From positions 64,080 through 128,079 of the forward strand of contig PGXY01000009.1 in NCBI GenBank assembly GCA_002839375.1: 64,000 nt of DNA, written 5' to 3'. Shown here piece by piece: positions 38,411 to 48,988 of this stretch. Below the pieces are notes generated by a model. The model saw only the letters and a list, made by a program, of their open reading frames with translations. It ran no database searches and was not told the origin of the DNA. This stretch comes from Spirochaetae bacterium HGW-Spirochaetae-1. GTDB taxonomy: Bacteria; Spirochaetota; UBA4802; UBA5550. A program made the translations under genes and the position numbers. Within the stretch, counting starts at the first letter, position 1. Each line of letters begins with the position of its first letter.

Positions 38411-39085
38411 ATGTCGATTCAGAATCTGATGGAAGATATCGTCGCCAATGTCGTTGAAGAGGTGATGAAAAAGGACAAGGATCTGGAAAAAATAAAGGTG
38501 AATCGCGATGATATCGTCGCCTATGTTTTGAACAGAATACCTCCCAAATATATAACCAGCGAGCGCGGAATTCTCCACGGGAAGATTCAAGCGCACTACG
38601 AGACGCAGCAGAAGACCGACATGCTGTTCAGCGTCTATGAAGCCATCGATGTAATAAAAAAAAGACGCTCAACGGAACTGCATTCTGCCGAATCAACAGC
38701 TGCTGCCGAAGAGTACCGCCTGTCTCATATAGTCGGCGAGGTTCTGGAGGAAACAACACTTTCCATGATTCCCAACGTGGAAGTGACGTTGCTGTTCAAG
38801 GGCAAACCGGCGAAGATGATCGACGACAACTGGAAAAATCCCTATACTACCAACAAGGCCACCAAGGGCTATTACCATTTTTGGCCCATTTTTTCCAAAG
38901 GCGATATGGGGAAAAGCGCCCATGTGCCCTTTACCCTCGAATTCAGTCATCCCAAGTTTGAAGATAAAAAGGTTGATATTGAGATAGAAACCATTTCGAA
39001 ACCCAACATGGCGAAGACCCACACCACCGCCATTGTGCTGCTGCAGGCGAAGGTCGGTGTAGACCTGGATTTTCTCTACAAGTAG
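38411..39085 (+). CDS. ComFB-domain protein (putative nucleotide second-messenger receptor) with C-terminal domain of unknown function
   Basis: N-terminal about 60 aa, NLMEDIVANVVEEVMKK...NRDDIVAYVLNRIPPKY, matches the ComFB family hallmark (DIxAxALNxLPPxY). C-terminal about 130 aa unassigned. Confidence 0.55.
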   Translation: MSIQNLMEDIVANVVEEVMKKDKDLEKIKVNRDDIVAYVLNRIPPKYITSERGILHGKIQAHYETQQKTDMLFSVYEAIDVIKKRRSTELHSAESTAAAEEYRLSHIVGEVLEETTLSMIPNVEVTLLFKGKPAKMIDDNWKNPYTTNKATKGYYHFWPIFSKGDMGKSAHVPFTLEFSHPKFEDKKVDIEIETISKPNMAKTHTTAIVLLQAKVGVDLDFLYK

Positions 39086-39130
39086 GATTTGCCGATTTCT
39101 TTTGAAAAATCGCCAGGGCGGGTTCTCACC

Positions 39131-40696
39131 ATGAAGGAATGGATTAAAAAGACATTGTTCCCGGGACGGGAGGAGTTTGGCGGCGAGTTTCAATCGGAGC
39201 TGCACTACCAGTGCAGCAGGGTCATTCTGCCCGCATCATTTATCTGCATTTTTGCCTGGATCAATTATATCCCCGTGGACGGGCAGCTTTATCCCGGAGA
39301 GCCCCATATCATAACGCTGCGTTACGGCCTTTCGGCTGTCGGGCTTCTTATTTTTGTCGCTCAGTTTATACCGGTACTGAAAAAGAAAAGCATGTATCTC
39401 CTGTTCGTCCTGGGAGTATATCTCCAGGCGGCTACGGCGGTCATCACGGCACTTACCAAGGGGGACCCCGTATATTTTTCCGGCTATATCTTTGTGGTCA
39501 TGATTCTCACCATTATGCCATTTATCAAGGTGCTCACGTGGATACTTCTTTTCCTGTCCGTGGCGCTCTTCATGTCAATAGGGATTTTCAAGGGCATGGC
39601 CTTTGCAACACTGCAAGAGCAGTACCGCCTCAATGATCTCCTCGCAACTGCCGGCTTCGTCATCGTTTTCATCTATGTCCTTGACCGGATCCGTTTTCAG
39701 AGCTGGCAGAAATCTGTAGAGATTCAGAAGCACAAGGAGAGCATACAGACCGACAAGGAGCGCATTGACAGCATCGTGGCCGAGACAAAGGATGTGCTGA
39801 CCCACCTTGACGAGGCCACGGGCATTATCAGCGGTTACTCTAAAAACGTGGACACGGCCATCAGGGAACAGTCGGAGCTCATGGCCAGGAGCCGGGTCTC
39901 GAATGACACGGTAATATCTTCTTTTGAAAAACTGAAAATCGAGACGAACAGCCAGCTGGAAATGAACATCAAGGGAAAGGGGCTTACGGAGCAGCTCCGG
40001 GGGGACATGAAGGTTTCGGCGCAGTCGAGCAGCGCCGCCATTGAAGAAGCGCATAAAATAAAAATTCTTTCCGATGAATGCGATATCAAACTCCAAAATT
40101 CGCGTAACGCCATTGAGAAACTGAAGGAGGAATCGTCGCGGATAGAGGAGATTTCCCAGACCATCAACGATATAGCCGATCAGACGAACCTGCTTTCGCT
40201 GAACGCCTCAATCGAATCGGCCAGGGCAGGGGATCACGGCAGGGGATTCGCCGTTGTCGCCGATGAGATATCAAAGCTTGCCGAGAAGAGCATTTCTTCG
40301 GCCCGTGAGATCAGCGGCATCATTGTGATGTCGGTAAGCCGGATCAACGAGGCCTCGGAACAGATCGAGGAAACCTCGACGGCCTTAAAGGATATAATAT
40401 CGTTCCTGGAAAACAACCGGAGCCTTCTGGAGGATTTCGGTACGGTCATCCAGTCACAGGTCAGGGACGTGCAGCTACTCATTGATCAGCTCGAGAATTC
40501 ACTGGATTACACGCATTCCATCGATCGTATTACCGATGAGAATGCCAGGGAAATTGATAATTCACGGATGATGATGGAAGAAATTGAAAAATTTTATCAC
40601 AATCTGGGCGACATGTCGACGCGACTACTGCAGCTCTCGGAAAGCCTTGCCGGTGATATAAGCAGGATGAAGAACGTGCTGTATCAGTCCCGCTAA
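39131..40696 (+). CDS. Methyl-accepting chemotaxis protein with 6-7 TM N-terminal membrane domain
   Basis: Signature [32 protein letters not shown] at 39131 (MKEWIKK) preferred over the TTG at 39089. Hydrophobic N-terminal about 200 aa. Confidence 0.85.
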   Translation: MKEWIKKTLFPGREEFGGEFQSELHYQCSRVILPASFICIFAWINYIPVDGQLYPGEPHIITLRYGLSAVGLLIFVAQFIPVLKKKSMYLLFVLGVYLQAATAVITALTKGDPVYFSGYIFVVMILTIMPFIKVLTWILLFLSVALFMSIGIFKGMAFATLQEQYRLNDLLATAGFVIVFIYVLDRIRFQSWQKSVEIQKHKESIQTDKERIDSIVAETKDVLTHLDEATGIISGYSKNVDTAIREQSELMARSRVSNDTVISSFEKLKIETNSQLEMNIKGKGLTEQLRGDMKVSAQSSSAAIEEAHKIKILSDECDIKLQNSRNAIEKLKEESSRIEEISQTINDIADQTNLLSLNASIESARAGDHGRGFAVVADEISKLAEKSISSAREISGIIVMSVSRINEASEQIEETSTALKDIISFLENNRSLLEDFGTVIQSQVRDVQLLIDQLENSLDYTHSIDRITDENAREIDNSRMMMEEIEKFYHNLGDMSTRLLQLSESLAGDISRMKNVLYQSR

Positions 40697-40739
40697 CTGT
40701 GTAATGGGAACGGTTGCCGTGACGTATGGGCCGTGCCGG

Positions 40740-42929
40740 TCAGTCGAAAACTGATTCCAAAAAATTTTTTACCCGTTCGGCCACTTTTTCTGCCGTGTCT
40801 CCCCGCACGATGCCGTGCCGCTCCGAGTATATCTCGTAAATTTCCTTTTTGGTGGTCCCCACTTTTTTGAATATTTCCATGGCGCTGACGGGATTAACTA
40901 CCGGGTCATTGGAGCCCTGTATGATGAGTGCGGGGATCTGGATGGCGGGAAGATTTTTTTCCACCACGTCCATAAGTTTCCCCAGTTCATTGACGCCCCT
41001 GACGGGATTGCGCAGGTAGTTGATATGGGGATTTTCCGGTGTATTGGCAATGAATTCCATCTTTCCTTTTCCCACGTGCAGCCTGTCCAGGAACTTGTTC
41101 CATGCCACGACGGCCGAGGTAAGGCGCGATGATATGTTCTGGAGCTTCAGCGGGGCTGATATGGAAATAACGCCGCTCAGCCTGTCACCCTTCTGCGAGG
41201 CCTGGAGAAGGGCCAGGCCCGCTCCCGTTGAAAAACCGGCAATGGCGAACCGCCTGACGGAATTTTCCATGACGATGTAGGCCCGGTTCACCGAGTTGTA
41301 CCATTCGATCCATTCGCGGGAGTCAAGGTCTTCCGGTGCCGTACCGTGACCGCGAAGGCGCACGCCGTAAACGGCATACCCTTTACCATGGATGATGTCG
41401 GCAAGGACCCTCATCTCCTCGGGAGCGGCCATGTAGCCGTGAATCAGGATGATCCCTTTTCTCTGGTACCACCGTTTCATGAAAAAGGGGCGGCCGATAT
41501 TTTTTGGTTTGCTTTCATCGGGCAGGAAATATTTTTCATAATCCTCTTCGAAAAATCGTTGGTCGAGTTCCAGGAAATACCCGCGTATTTTTCTCCGCGC
41601 CAGGAAGGCCGGCCGCGCCGCCGACTTGATGAGGAGCCTGGTTATGCCCGGCAGGGGTTCCAGCTCATTGGTGAAGACTTCGAATATATTGTCCTTGCGG
41701 ATCGTATGGAACTCATAGATATCACTGAACTTCTTTTTATTTTTTATTATGTAATGGTCTTTCATTGTTATGAGGCCGTCGCTGACACCGGCTTCGATGA
41801 AGCTGTTGAAACGCTGGTGCTCGTCATCGGTAATGATGTGAAACTGGTTCTTGTAAAGGTTTGTATGAAGGTTTGGGATCTTTTTTTCTTTCAGCTGTTC
41901 AATGGCCAAAAAGGCCCTGTTCTTGAGATCACATTCATGGATCTTTGTCCGGTTCGTTTTTGTCAGCATATAGGCGAAGATGTGGTCCGAGTTTATGGTG
42001 GTCATGCCGTAGATTGCATCCATGTAGCGTTGCATGAGGTCGATGCTGGGCCTGTTGAAAGGGACCTCTTTTTTCAGTTCGTCGGAATCAAGATAGAGTC
42101 TCCTGTTTGCCGCTTTTCCCATGGCCGTGCTGCAGCCGTTGAGATATTCACGCGGGTGTATGGGTTTGCCGAAATTAATGTCTATGTCCACGCCGTCGAG
42201 AAGCATTGTCCCTTCGATTTCCAGTTCCTCTTCCATTCTCTCAGAAACATTTTTGACGAACCGTTCCACCAGCCGGTTGATGGCGTTGTTGTGCACCCGG
42301 ATTGGATAATAGGTGATGTTTACCGGAATGATAAGGGACTCTTTGGCCAGGACGCCGTCCAGGTCCTGCGGGGTGAGCCTGAAGTGTTCCAGCATAGCCT
42401 TGAGTTCATCATTAAAATTATTCTCTTTCAGATAACGCATCTTTTCACGGTAAAACTCGGTGTTCAGGGCGACATTGGCGGCACCTGTATGGGGCGGTCT
42501 TCGTATCCCCGTGTTGTAAATCATATATTTTCCTTTTTCCACCAGTTTCTTGTCCTTGACCATCTGTCCCTCGGGGAATATAAGGGTGCTGTTTTCTCCC
42601 GTGAGCATTGAGCGCGTGAAGATCACGTCCCGGTCCGGGTCTTTCGTTGACACACCTCCCAGTTTCTCTATGAATTTGCCGAAGCCGCCGCCGAAGAAGG
42701 AATAGTGGGCCAGGGAGAAGGTGTACATGTTTAGATATTTTTTTATGATGTAGGGCATGAAAATTGTTTCCAGCCGGGTGAAATGATTGATAACAAAGAG
42801 GACCGGCTGGTCAGGTACATTCTCCAGGTCATGCAGCCTGATGTCCACCTTTGACGATTTGAACAGGGCGTCCAGTGCGACGATGACGGTTTTAGTAATA
42901 GGCTGCGATATTCTTTCCATGGATGACAC
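40740..42929 (-). CDS. Two-domain fusion: N-terminal PlsC-like acyltransferase domain + C-terminal alpha/beta-hydrolase (esterase/lysophospholipase-like)
   Basis: N-terminus VLFVINHFTRLETIFMPY resembles the NHxxxxD/E acyltransferase motif. C-terminus has HGYMAAPEEM...GHG and nucleophile elbow AGFSTGAGLAL (GxSxG) with downstream Asp/His. Confidence 0.6.
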   Translation of the reverse strand: MSSMERISQPITKTVIVALDALFKSSKVDIRLHDLENVPDQPVLFVINHFTRLETIFMPYIIKKYLNMYTFSLAHYSFFGGGFGKFIEKLGGVSTKDPDRDVIFTRSMLTGENSTLIFPEGQMVKDKKLVEKGKYMIYNTGIRRPPHTGAANVALNTEFYREKMRYLKENNFNDELKAMLEHFRLTPQDLDGVLAKESLIIPVNITYYPIRVHNNAINRLVERFVKNVSERMEEELEIEGTMLLDGVDIDINFGKPIHPREYLNGCSTAMGKAANRRLYLDSDELKKEVPFNRPSIDLMQRYMDAIYGMTTINSDHIFAYMLTKTNRTKIHECDLKNRAFLAIEQLKEKKIPNLHTNLYKNQFHIITDDEHQRFNSFIEAGVSDGLITMKDHYIIKNKKKFSDIYEFHTIRKDNIFEVFTNELEPLPGITRLLIKSAARPAFLARRKIRGYFLELDQRFFEEDYEKYFLPDESKPKNIGRPFFMKRWYQRKGIILIHGYMAAPEEMRVLADIIHGKGYAVYGVRLRGHGTAPEDLDSREWIEWYNSVNRAYIVMENSVRRFAIAGFSTGAGLALLQASQKGDRLSGVISISAPLKLQNISSRLTSAVVAWNKFLDRLHVGKGKMEFIANTPENPHINYLRNPVRGVNELGKLMDVVEKNLPAIQIPALIIQGSNDPVVNPVSAMEIFKKVGTTKKEIYEIYSERHGIVRGDTAEKVAERVKNFLESVFD

Positions 42930-42944
42930 TCCTCGATTGATACC

Positions 42945-43367
42945 TTAAAACCTTTTATTGAAATAATCGTCAAGTATGCGGGCGTGATCAAAGACAATAT
43001 TTTCCGGAAGCGAGTTTTGCGTGAAAACAGCCGCTTCCCGCGCATCATCGGCTGCCACGGGATTCCCATGGGCGGAAGCTATGTATACCGTGGTGATGGT
43101 ATGATGCCGGGTATCGCGGGAGGGATCGGAGTATGTATGGAACTGGCGTGACAGGGTGACGTGCAGGGACGTCTCCTCGAGCGCTTCCCTGACCGCGGCG
43201 GTTTCCAGGGATTCACCGTAATCCACGAAGCCGCCGGGAATTGCCCAGCCATGAGGAGGGTTTTTCCGTGCGATGAGCACGATTCCCCGGGGGCTTTTGC
43301 CGCCATCAGGGATTATTTCTATGATAATATCCACGGTGGGCAGGGGATTCCGGTGTTCTTTTGTCAA
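42945..43367 (-). CDS. NUDIX hydrolase
   Basis: Nudix box [24 protein letters not shown]. Confidence 0.8.
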   Translation of the reverse strand: MTKEHRNPLPTVDIIIEIIPDGGKSPRGIVLIARKNPPHGWAIPGGFVDYGESLETAAVREALEETSLHVTLSRQFHTYSDPSRDTRHHTITTVYIASAHGNPVAADDAREAAVFTQNSLPENIVFDHARILDDYFNKRF

Positions 43368-44521
43368 AATTCTTCCCCTCCAATATTTTTTATCAGTGTT
43401 ATCTGATTACCCTTATCGTTAAATATGATTTTGTCAAAGGATTTTTTTATCATCTGCAGGCCCACGCCGTGGTAGGTGGAGAGAAAATTTTTACTGTACT
43501 TCCCGGTATTCCCCGACATGAAGGTCTGCCAGTCAAATCCATTGCCTTCATCGGTGATAATGTATTTCACGTGGTCTTTTTCCAGGGCATACTCCACCAG
43601 GACTTTTCTCTTCAGGATCGAATCATTGCAGCACTGCTGGACAAGGAATTCCCAGTAGTTGCCTCCGCGTTGCTTGAGTTCGGTTTTGGTTTTGTATCCG
43701 ACTTCCAGGTTGCCGTGTTCAATGGCATTTATTATGGTTTCCTGGAGGGCAATCTGGAGATAGAGTATGCCATTCCGTGGTATTTTACCATCGAGGTTCC
43801 GGATGAGGCGGTAGCTGAAGAGATGGACCAGGGAAAGATCGTTGTCCAGAACATAGCTGGCTTTCTCAGAGGTGAGCCATTTGTTGGTGATATAGTCGCT
43901 TTGCAGAAAGCGCCCTGTTACAAATATTCTGTGCAGCTCTTTATTCTTCAGCACCGGTTTCATTTTCAGGTGAATCGTCTGAATGTCGCGTGATTCCTTC
44001 ATGAAAACGGTGGTGATGAGCTCCGATTCAATCCCCATAAAAGCACTCTTCAGTTTATCCAGGACGAGCTGTCGGTAATGAACGTCGTTCTCAACGTCGG
44101 CAAGGAAAAATATTTCTCTCAGTGGCCTGCCGATAAGTGCTTTCTGGTCGATATTGAGGCTCCGGCTGAAGGCCGTGTTGTGATTAACGATACGACCCAG
44201 GTTGTCCAGGAGAATGATGATTTCATTGCTGTGGTTTTTCATCAGTTCAATGAAGCTCAGTTCTTCGTCGACTTCCTGGAATGACTTTCTGATCCTGTTT
44301 CTCGTCAGGGCAAGAAACAGGAAAAGTGCGGCCAGGGATGTGAATATGAGCAGAACCGGAGAGAGATAATGCTCTTTAATAGGCATTATGTGGCGATGAA
44401 TATGTTCAAAGAGGAAATCCAGAGACAGGACAATAACAAAGGCGGCAATAGAGAAGAGCGATATATACCTGATATATGCCCGTTCCATGCTGCTGAAGGT
44501 TCTTTTTATAGGATCATTCAT
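43364..44521 (-). CDS. Membrane-anchored PAS sensor with RsbW/SpoIIAB-type HATPase (Ser/Thr kinase-like) domain
   Basis: Two N-terminal TM segments, a PAS-like middle region, and C-terminal [12 protein letters not shown]...[12 protein letters not shown] (GHKL ATPase). No HisKA H-box is visible. Stop/start overlap with the NUDIX gene (ATGA). Confidence 0.6.
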   Translation of the reverse strand: MNDPIKRTFSSMERAYIRYISLFSIAAFVIVLSLDFLFEHIHRHIMPIKEHYLSPVLLIFTSLAALFLFLALTRNRIRKSFQEVDEELSFIELMKNHSNEIIILLDNLGRIVNHNTAFSRSLNIDQKALIGRPLREIFFLADVENDVHYRQLVLDKLKSAFMGIESELITTVFMKESRDIQTIHLKMKPVLKNKELHRIFVTGRFLQSDYITNKWLTSEKASYVLDNDLSLVHLFSYRLIRNLDGKIPRNGILYLQIALQETIINAIEHGNLEVGYKTKTELKQRGGNYWEFLVQQCCNDSILKRKVLVEYALEKDHVKYIITDEGNGFDWQTFMSGNTGKYSKNFLSTYHGVGLQMIKKSFDKIIFNDKGNQITLIKNIGGEEF

Positions 44522-45073
44522 GGTCTCAGCGTGATCATATCCTGCTGTTTTATTGACATGCTTCCTGCCCGAAACTATATATTATTTGCGGCAAAGGAAT
44601 CATGTCACTCCGATCGCCTCTTTGTTTCACCTGCTTGAGATGATAAAGCATTTCCATCGATTTACAAGCAAAATATAGTTTTATCCCGGTCAATTTCCGC
44701 TGAATAAAAATCCTGATTTTACCTCGTATTTGCCCGGAACATTTGTTGCAGGTTTGGTGTAATTTGCTGAAAAATACTAAAATTCTCTTGCTTTTTTTCT
44801 GTCATGCCGTACAAGTTATCCCGTCGATCCTGTATAATCCGGGGTCGTTTTTCGCCGCATTATATGTAAGGGGCCATTGGTCGGGAGTATCCATCGGTGT
44901 AATTTACTTTCCATATACATGAAAGCTGAGCAACAATCGATAAGGTACGCTCTATGTCCGGTGAGTGTGGTGAGACTGGTGTAGATAGTATACAGCGGTC
45001 TTTTCTTCCGTTTTTCCCCGGTGTTGTATGTCAGATTATGAAATAAGTGCCTGTGTGCATAAGTGAGGGTAGT

Positions 45074-47893
45074 ATGAAAAAGATGCTTGAGTTTGTCTTA
45101 TCCCGTCCGCGCCTGGTTATTGCAACCGCATTGATTATAACTCTCATAACCGGATACGGGATTACCTTGTTTGAATATGACAATTCAGAAAAAAACGCCA
45201 TGCCTTATGATGATACGACGTACCAACTCGGCGAGGAAACTAAAAAGCTTTTCGGCGACAGCAGCACATTTCTCATTGCAGCTATTGAGCCTGCCGAAAA
45301 AGGGAAACTGCTTACAAGAGAAACATTTCAGTATATTAATGGCATTGCCAACGAGGTACAGGAATACCGGACCTTTAACCGGGCGAAAGAAGATCTGCGT
45401 CTCGCAACCGTTCTTGAATCGGGAAACGTGAAAATTGCCGGGCCCGTTAAAATTTCAGATAAAGAGAAGGAACTTCAGGAGGGGTATGATCAGCCCTATA
45501 GGCCCCGTAACCGCTACGACTACAGCGCTTATCGTGCTGTTTCAATGAAGGACATCGCCTCGCGGCTCGATAACGGCGGCAGAGCCATGATGGAGACTAT
45601 CATTGAAGCGAAGAATATGAAACAGCTGGATCGCAGCTCTCCCATGGATATAAAGGATTACAAGATACTGCTCGAGTCCTGGGAGGATATATATCTTCTT
45701 AAATCAGTAAAATTACTCCAGGAGGCCGTGGACCCCATATCTATCACGGACATAAACGGCGAACATGATGAACTCAAAGCGGTAACCCTCATCCCCAAGG
45801 ATAAGGAGGGAAAGAGGATAATTCCCTCGACACCCGCCGACTTTGCTGCCTACAAGAAGAGACTTCTCCGGAACCCGGCCTTCAAGTCAAACTTTTATTC
45901 CATGGATGATAAGGGAGAGATACGTGCCCTGGCAATGTCCATGATGCTGCGCCGCCAGCGCAATTATGATGCCTTCACCGAGTATGGCTGGGCCATGTTC
46001 AATAAACATAATAACCCCCATTCTCCCGTGAAAGTTCTGCTCCAGGGAAGCCTGGTTTTCAACAAGGTCATTAATGAGTACAACGAAAAGGATATGGGCA
46101 AATATCTCCCCATTGCCGCTGTGATCATGCTTATAGTATTTTACTTGAATTTTAAGTCGATCCGGGGCATGGCCCTTCCCATTCTCTCGGTTTTCATGGG
46201 AAGCGTCTGGACCATGGGAATTCTGGGTTTTCTGGGCATTAAAATGACCATCCTTACCGCTATTATCCCGCCTCTGCTTATGGCCATCGGCAGCGCCTAT
46301 GCCATCCACGTGTTAAACCAGTATTATATCGATTTGGATATGATACGAAATGAGGGCAGAAAAAATGGTCTCATGAAGGCCATGCTGCACATTCTCAATA
46401 CCGTTCTTCTCACCGGTCTGGCCACCTTCGTGAGCTTCCTCACACTGACGACAAACACCGTGCGTGTTCTGGTGGATTTCGGTATCGGCATTGCCCTGGG
46501 CACTGTATTGATTATTGTAATATCGATAGTGGTTTTGCCGGCGGCCCTGGCCGTCCTGCCGATTCCCCGGGCCAAGAAGGGGGATAATGTTATGGGCACC
46601 GATGCGCCGTATAATCTCATGGTAAAGCGTATGGTGGATTTCATGGCGCATCTCAGCACGGATCATTATAAAGGAGTCGTGATTGTTGTCCTGATTTCCA
46701 TCGTGGTCAGCGTCTTCGGCATTATGCGGCTGAAGACCGAGACATCGGCCACTACTTACTTCAAGCCCGATTCATATATACGTAAATCACTGGCACGGAC
46801 CAATGAACTTTTCGAGGGGTCCTATGTTTTCAATATAGTGTTCAGTCCCGGCGAAGGCAAAGACGTAATAGACGCGGAATTTCTCAAATATATTGACGGG
46901 GTCCAGAAGTGGCTGAGCAGAAAGGAAAATCGCGACAACTATTATATCAGACTTTCAACGGGGTTCAATGATTATATCAAGCGTATGAACAAGGCCATAA
47001 ACAACGAAAAGCCCGAGTTTTACACTATCCCTAACGATACTATGACGATCATGGATTTCATGGAGATATTCTCCGGTGATGATGATAACTATGACGGCCG
47101 GCCAGACATGTTCGAATCAACGCTGAGCAAGGATTACAACAAGACCGTGCTCTATGTCAGGATGGGAAGCCCTCCCGGCATAGAGCTCAGTACCGCCCGC
47201 ACCGAGAGAACCCTGAATCATGTGAAGGAATATCTCGATTCCATTCCCAATCCAAAAGGGTATACGCATTATATCGTAGGAGGGCCGGTCAATTTCGTTA
47301 TCATCGCGAAATACATCAATAATGGTCAGATCCAGGGTATGATCACCGGTATCCTCTCTATCGGTATTATCATGTTTCTTATTTTCAGGAGCTGGCAGAC
47401 GGGATTGTCCGTGCTTGTTCCCATGGTGGCATCGATTGTCTGGATATTCGGATTTATGGGCTGGGCCGGTATTCCCTTTGGTATGACCGAGGCGCTCATA
47501 TCACCCATAGCCATAGGGATCGGTATCGATGACGCGTGTCATATCCTCAACATGCTGCGTAAAAAGGGCCTCGAGGGCATACCGATACGGGAGGCTATAA
47601 CCCAGACGCACCACGAAACGGGTCTGGCCATCGTGTACACCTCAATGGCCAACAGCCTGGGATCGTCGGTTCTCATCTTCTCCAGCTTTATGCCCGTTTT
47701 CAGGAGCGGTCTTCTGATCTGTGCTGTGTTGGTAATCTCCACGCTGTCGAACCTGATTCTCTTTCCCAGTGCCATCATGCTTCTGAAGATAAACGTATGC
47801 AATATAAAGGACTGGAAAATTTTCCGTTTCCTGCCGCTTCATAAGCTGCTCATTGAGGGTCCGGAAGAAGAGGACGGTGCCAGGCTCAATTAG
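45074..47893 (+). CDS. MMPL/RND-superfamily exporter (HpnN-like, two 6-TM bundles with large periplasmic loops)
   Basis: About 940 aa. TM1 followed by a 300-aa soluble loop, TM2-6 with SSD-like GLATFVSFLTL, then a second loop and TM bundle (GIGIDDACHIL). GAGGG RBS precedes the ATG at 45074. Confidence 0.7.
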   Translation: MKKMLEFVLSRPRLVIATALIITLITGYGITLFEYDNSEKNAMPYDDTTYQLGEETKKLFGDSSTFLIAAIEPAEKGKLLTRETFQYINGIANEVQEYRTFNRAKEDLRLATVLESGNVKIAGPVKISDKEKELQEGYDQPYRPRNRYDYSAYRAVSMKDIASRLDNGGRAMMETIIEAKNMKQLDRSSPMDIKDYKILLESWEDIYLLKSVKLLQEAVDPISITDINGEHDELKAVTLIPKDKEGKRIIPSTPADFAAYKKRLLRNPAFKSNFYSMDDKGEIRALAMSMMLRRQRNYDAFTEYGWAMFNKHNNPHSPVKVLLQGSLVFNKVINEYNEKDMGKYLPIAAVIMLIVFYLNFKSIRGMALPILSVFMGSVWTMGILGFLGIKMTILTAIIPPLLMAIGSAYAIHVLNQYYIDLDMIRNEGRKNGLMKAMLHILNTVLLTGLATFVSFLTLTTNTVRVLVDFGIGIALGTVLIIVISIVVLPAALAVLPIPRAKKGDNVMGTDAPYNLMVKRMVDFMAHLSTDHYKGVVIVVLISIVVSVFGIMRLKTETSATTYFKPDSYIRKSLARTNELFEGSYVFNIVFSPGEGKDVIDAEFLKYIDGVQKWLSRKENRDNYYIRLSTGFNDYIKRMNKAINNEKPEFYTIPNDTMTIMDFMEIFSGDDDNYDGRPDMFESTLSKDYNKTVLYVRMGSPPGIELSTARTERTLNHVKEYLDSIPNPKGYTHYIVGGPVNFVIIAKYINNGQIQGMITGILSIGIIMFLIFRSWQTGLSVLVPMVASIVWIFGFMGWAGIPFGMTEALISPIAIGIGIDDACHILNMLRKKGLEGIPIREAITQTHHETGLAIVYTSMANSLGSSVLIFSSFMPVFRSGLLICAVLVISTLSNLILFPSAIMLLKINVCNIKDWKIFRFLPLHKLLIEGPEEEDGARLN

Positions 47894-47974
47894 TGTGTTA
47901 TAGTCCCCGCACCGCAGTTTCAGGGCGGTACGGGGATTGGAAAAGGGATCGGGCACTTGCTGCCAAGGACGGCA

Positions 47975-48988
47975 TCACTTGCCGGGCGTTGCATCGTAAT
48001 AATATCGCCTGTCCTTAATCACGCGGCTTTCGATGTTTCCGTTTTTCTCCAGGTATTTCACCGAGAGGCGTATCCAGCCATGCGCCAGGTATCGCATCTT
48101 CGGATTGAAGGCGGGATACAGTGAGGTGATTATATCTCGCAGTGTTATACCGTTCCCGCCGGAACCGGTGATGACCTCCCGCACATGTTCAAGGCGTTCC
48201 CTGCGCCAGCTGATGAGTTCGTCTATCCTCTCAACGGGGTTTGTGATGGGGGACCCGTGGGAGCTCAGCAGCACTTCGAGCTTTGGAAGGTTTCTGATGC
48301 GCTCCAAGGTATGTATGTACTGGTCAAGGTCCGAATCGGGCGGTCCCAGCCAGGTGGTGATATTTTTAAGGACATTGTCGCCGCTGAAAAGAATGCCCCT
48401 TTCCGGATCATAGAGCGATATGTGATCGTCCATGTGTCCCGGCGTGGGGAAGATGCGCCACTGGCGCCCGTTTATGAGTATGGCGGTTTCTTCTGCTATT
48501 ATGATGTCAGGGTCGGGGATGAATTGCGAACCATAGAGCTTTTCGAAATAGAGTGTGAAGAGGGGAGTGTATACCGCTTTTTGTATGCGGCCGCGCATGG
48601 TTATATCCCGCAATGATGAGCGGAAACGGTCTTTTTCATAGCGCCTCACGTAGGATTCCCTGGAGTGCAGTTTTTCCGCCATGGGGGCCGTGAGAATAAT
48701 GGATGTTCCCAGTTTGTCCCTGATCCCGGCGGCTCCTGAAAAGTGGTCGGCATGAGTGTGGCTGGGAAGGACCCGCGTAACGGCAAAAGGCCTGCCCGTT
48801 TCCTCAAACCGTGATTGTATGGCGGTGAACTGGCTTATGAATTCTTTCAGGCTGCCGGTGCGGCCATAACCTGCGTCGAAGATGAGGCCGTCACTTCCGG
48901 CGATGACATAGATATTTACCGGCGGTGTCATGTTTCGTGCCACGCCTTTTTCCGTTATGCAGAAGATGTCGGGATACAGTTCTTTCAT
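47975..48988 (-). CDS. MBL-fold metallo-hydrolase
   Basis: HxHxDH motif SHTHADHFSGAAGI plus downstream His/Asp ligands. Confidence 0.75.
   Translation of the reverse strand: MKELYPDIFCITEKGVARNMTPPVNIYVIAGSDGLIFDAGYGRTGSLKEFISQFTAIQSRFEETGRPFAVTRVLPSHTHADHFSGAAGIRDKLGTSIILTAPMAEKLHSRESYVRRYEKDRFRSSLRDITMRGRIQKAVYTPLFTLYFEKLYGSQFIPDPDIIIAEETAILINGRQWRIFPTPGHMDDHISLYDPERGILFSGDNVLKNITTWLGPPDSDLDQYIHTLERIRNLPKLEVLLSSHGSPITNPVERIDELISWRRERLEHVREVITGSGGNGITLRDIITSLYPAFNPKMRYLAHGWIRLSVKYLEKNGNIESRVIKDRRYYYDATPGK

Noticed and set aside
41346-42611. 421-aa plus-strand ORF inside the acyltransferase/hydrolase fusion gene
   Set aside because: Antisense to a CDS with clear catalytic motifs. No start context. 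Composition is typical of a shadow ORF.
47894-47975. Possible terminator hairpin CCCCGCACCGC...GCGGTACGGGG between the MMPL and MBL genes
   Set aside because: The stem has a mismatch and no flanking U-run on either strand. I kept it as an unremarkable GC hairpin between convergent genes.
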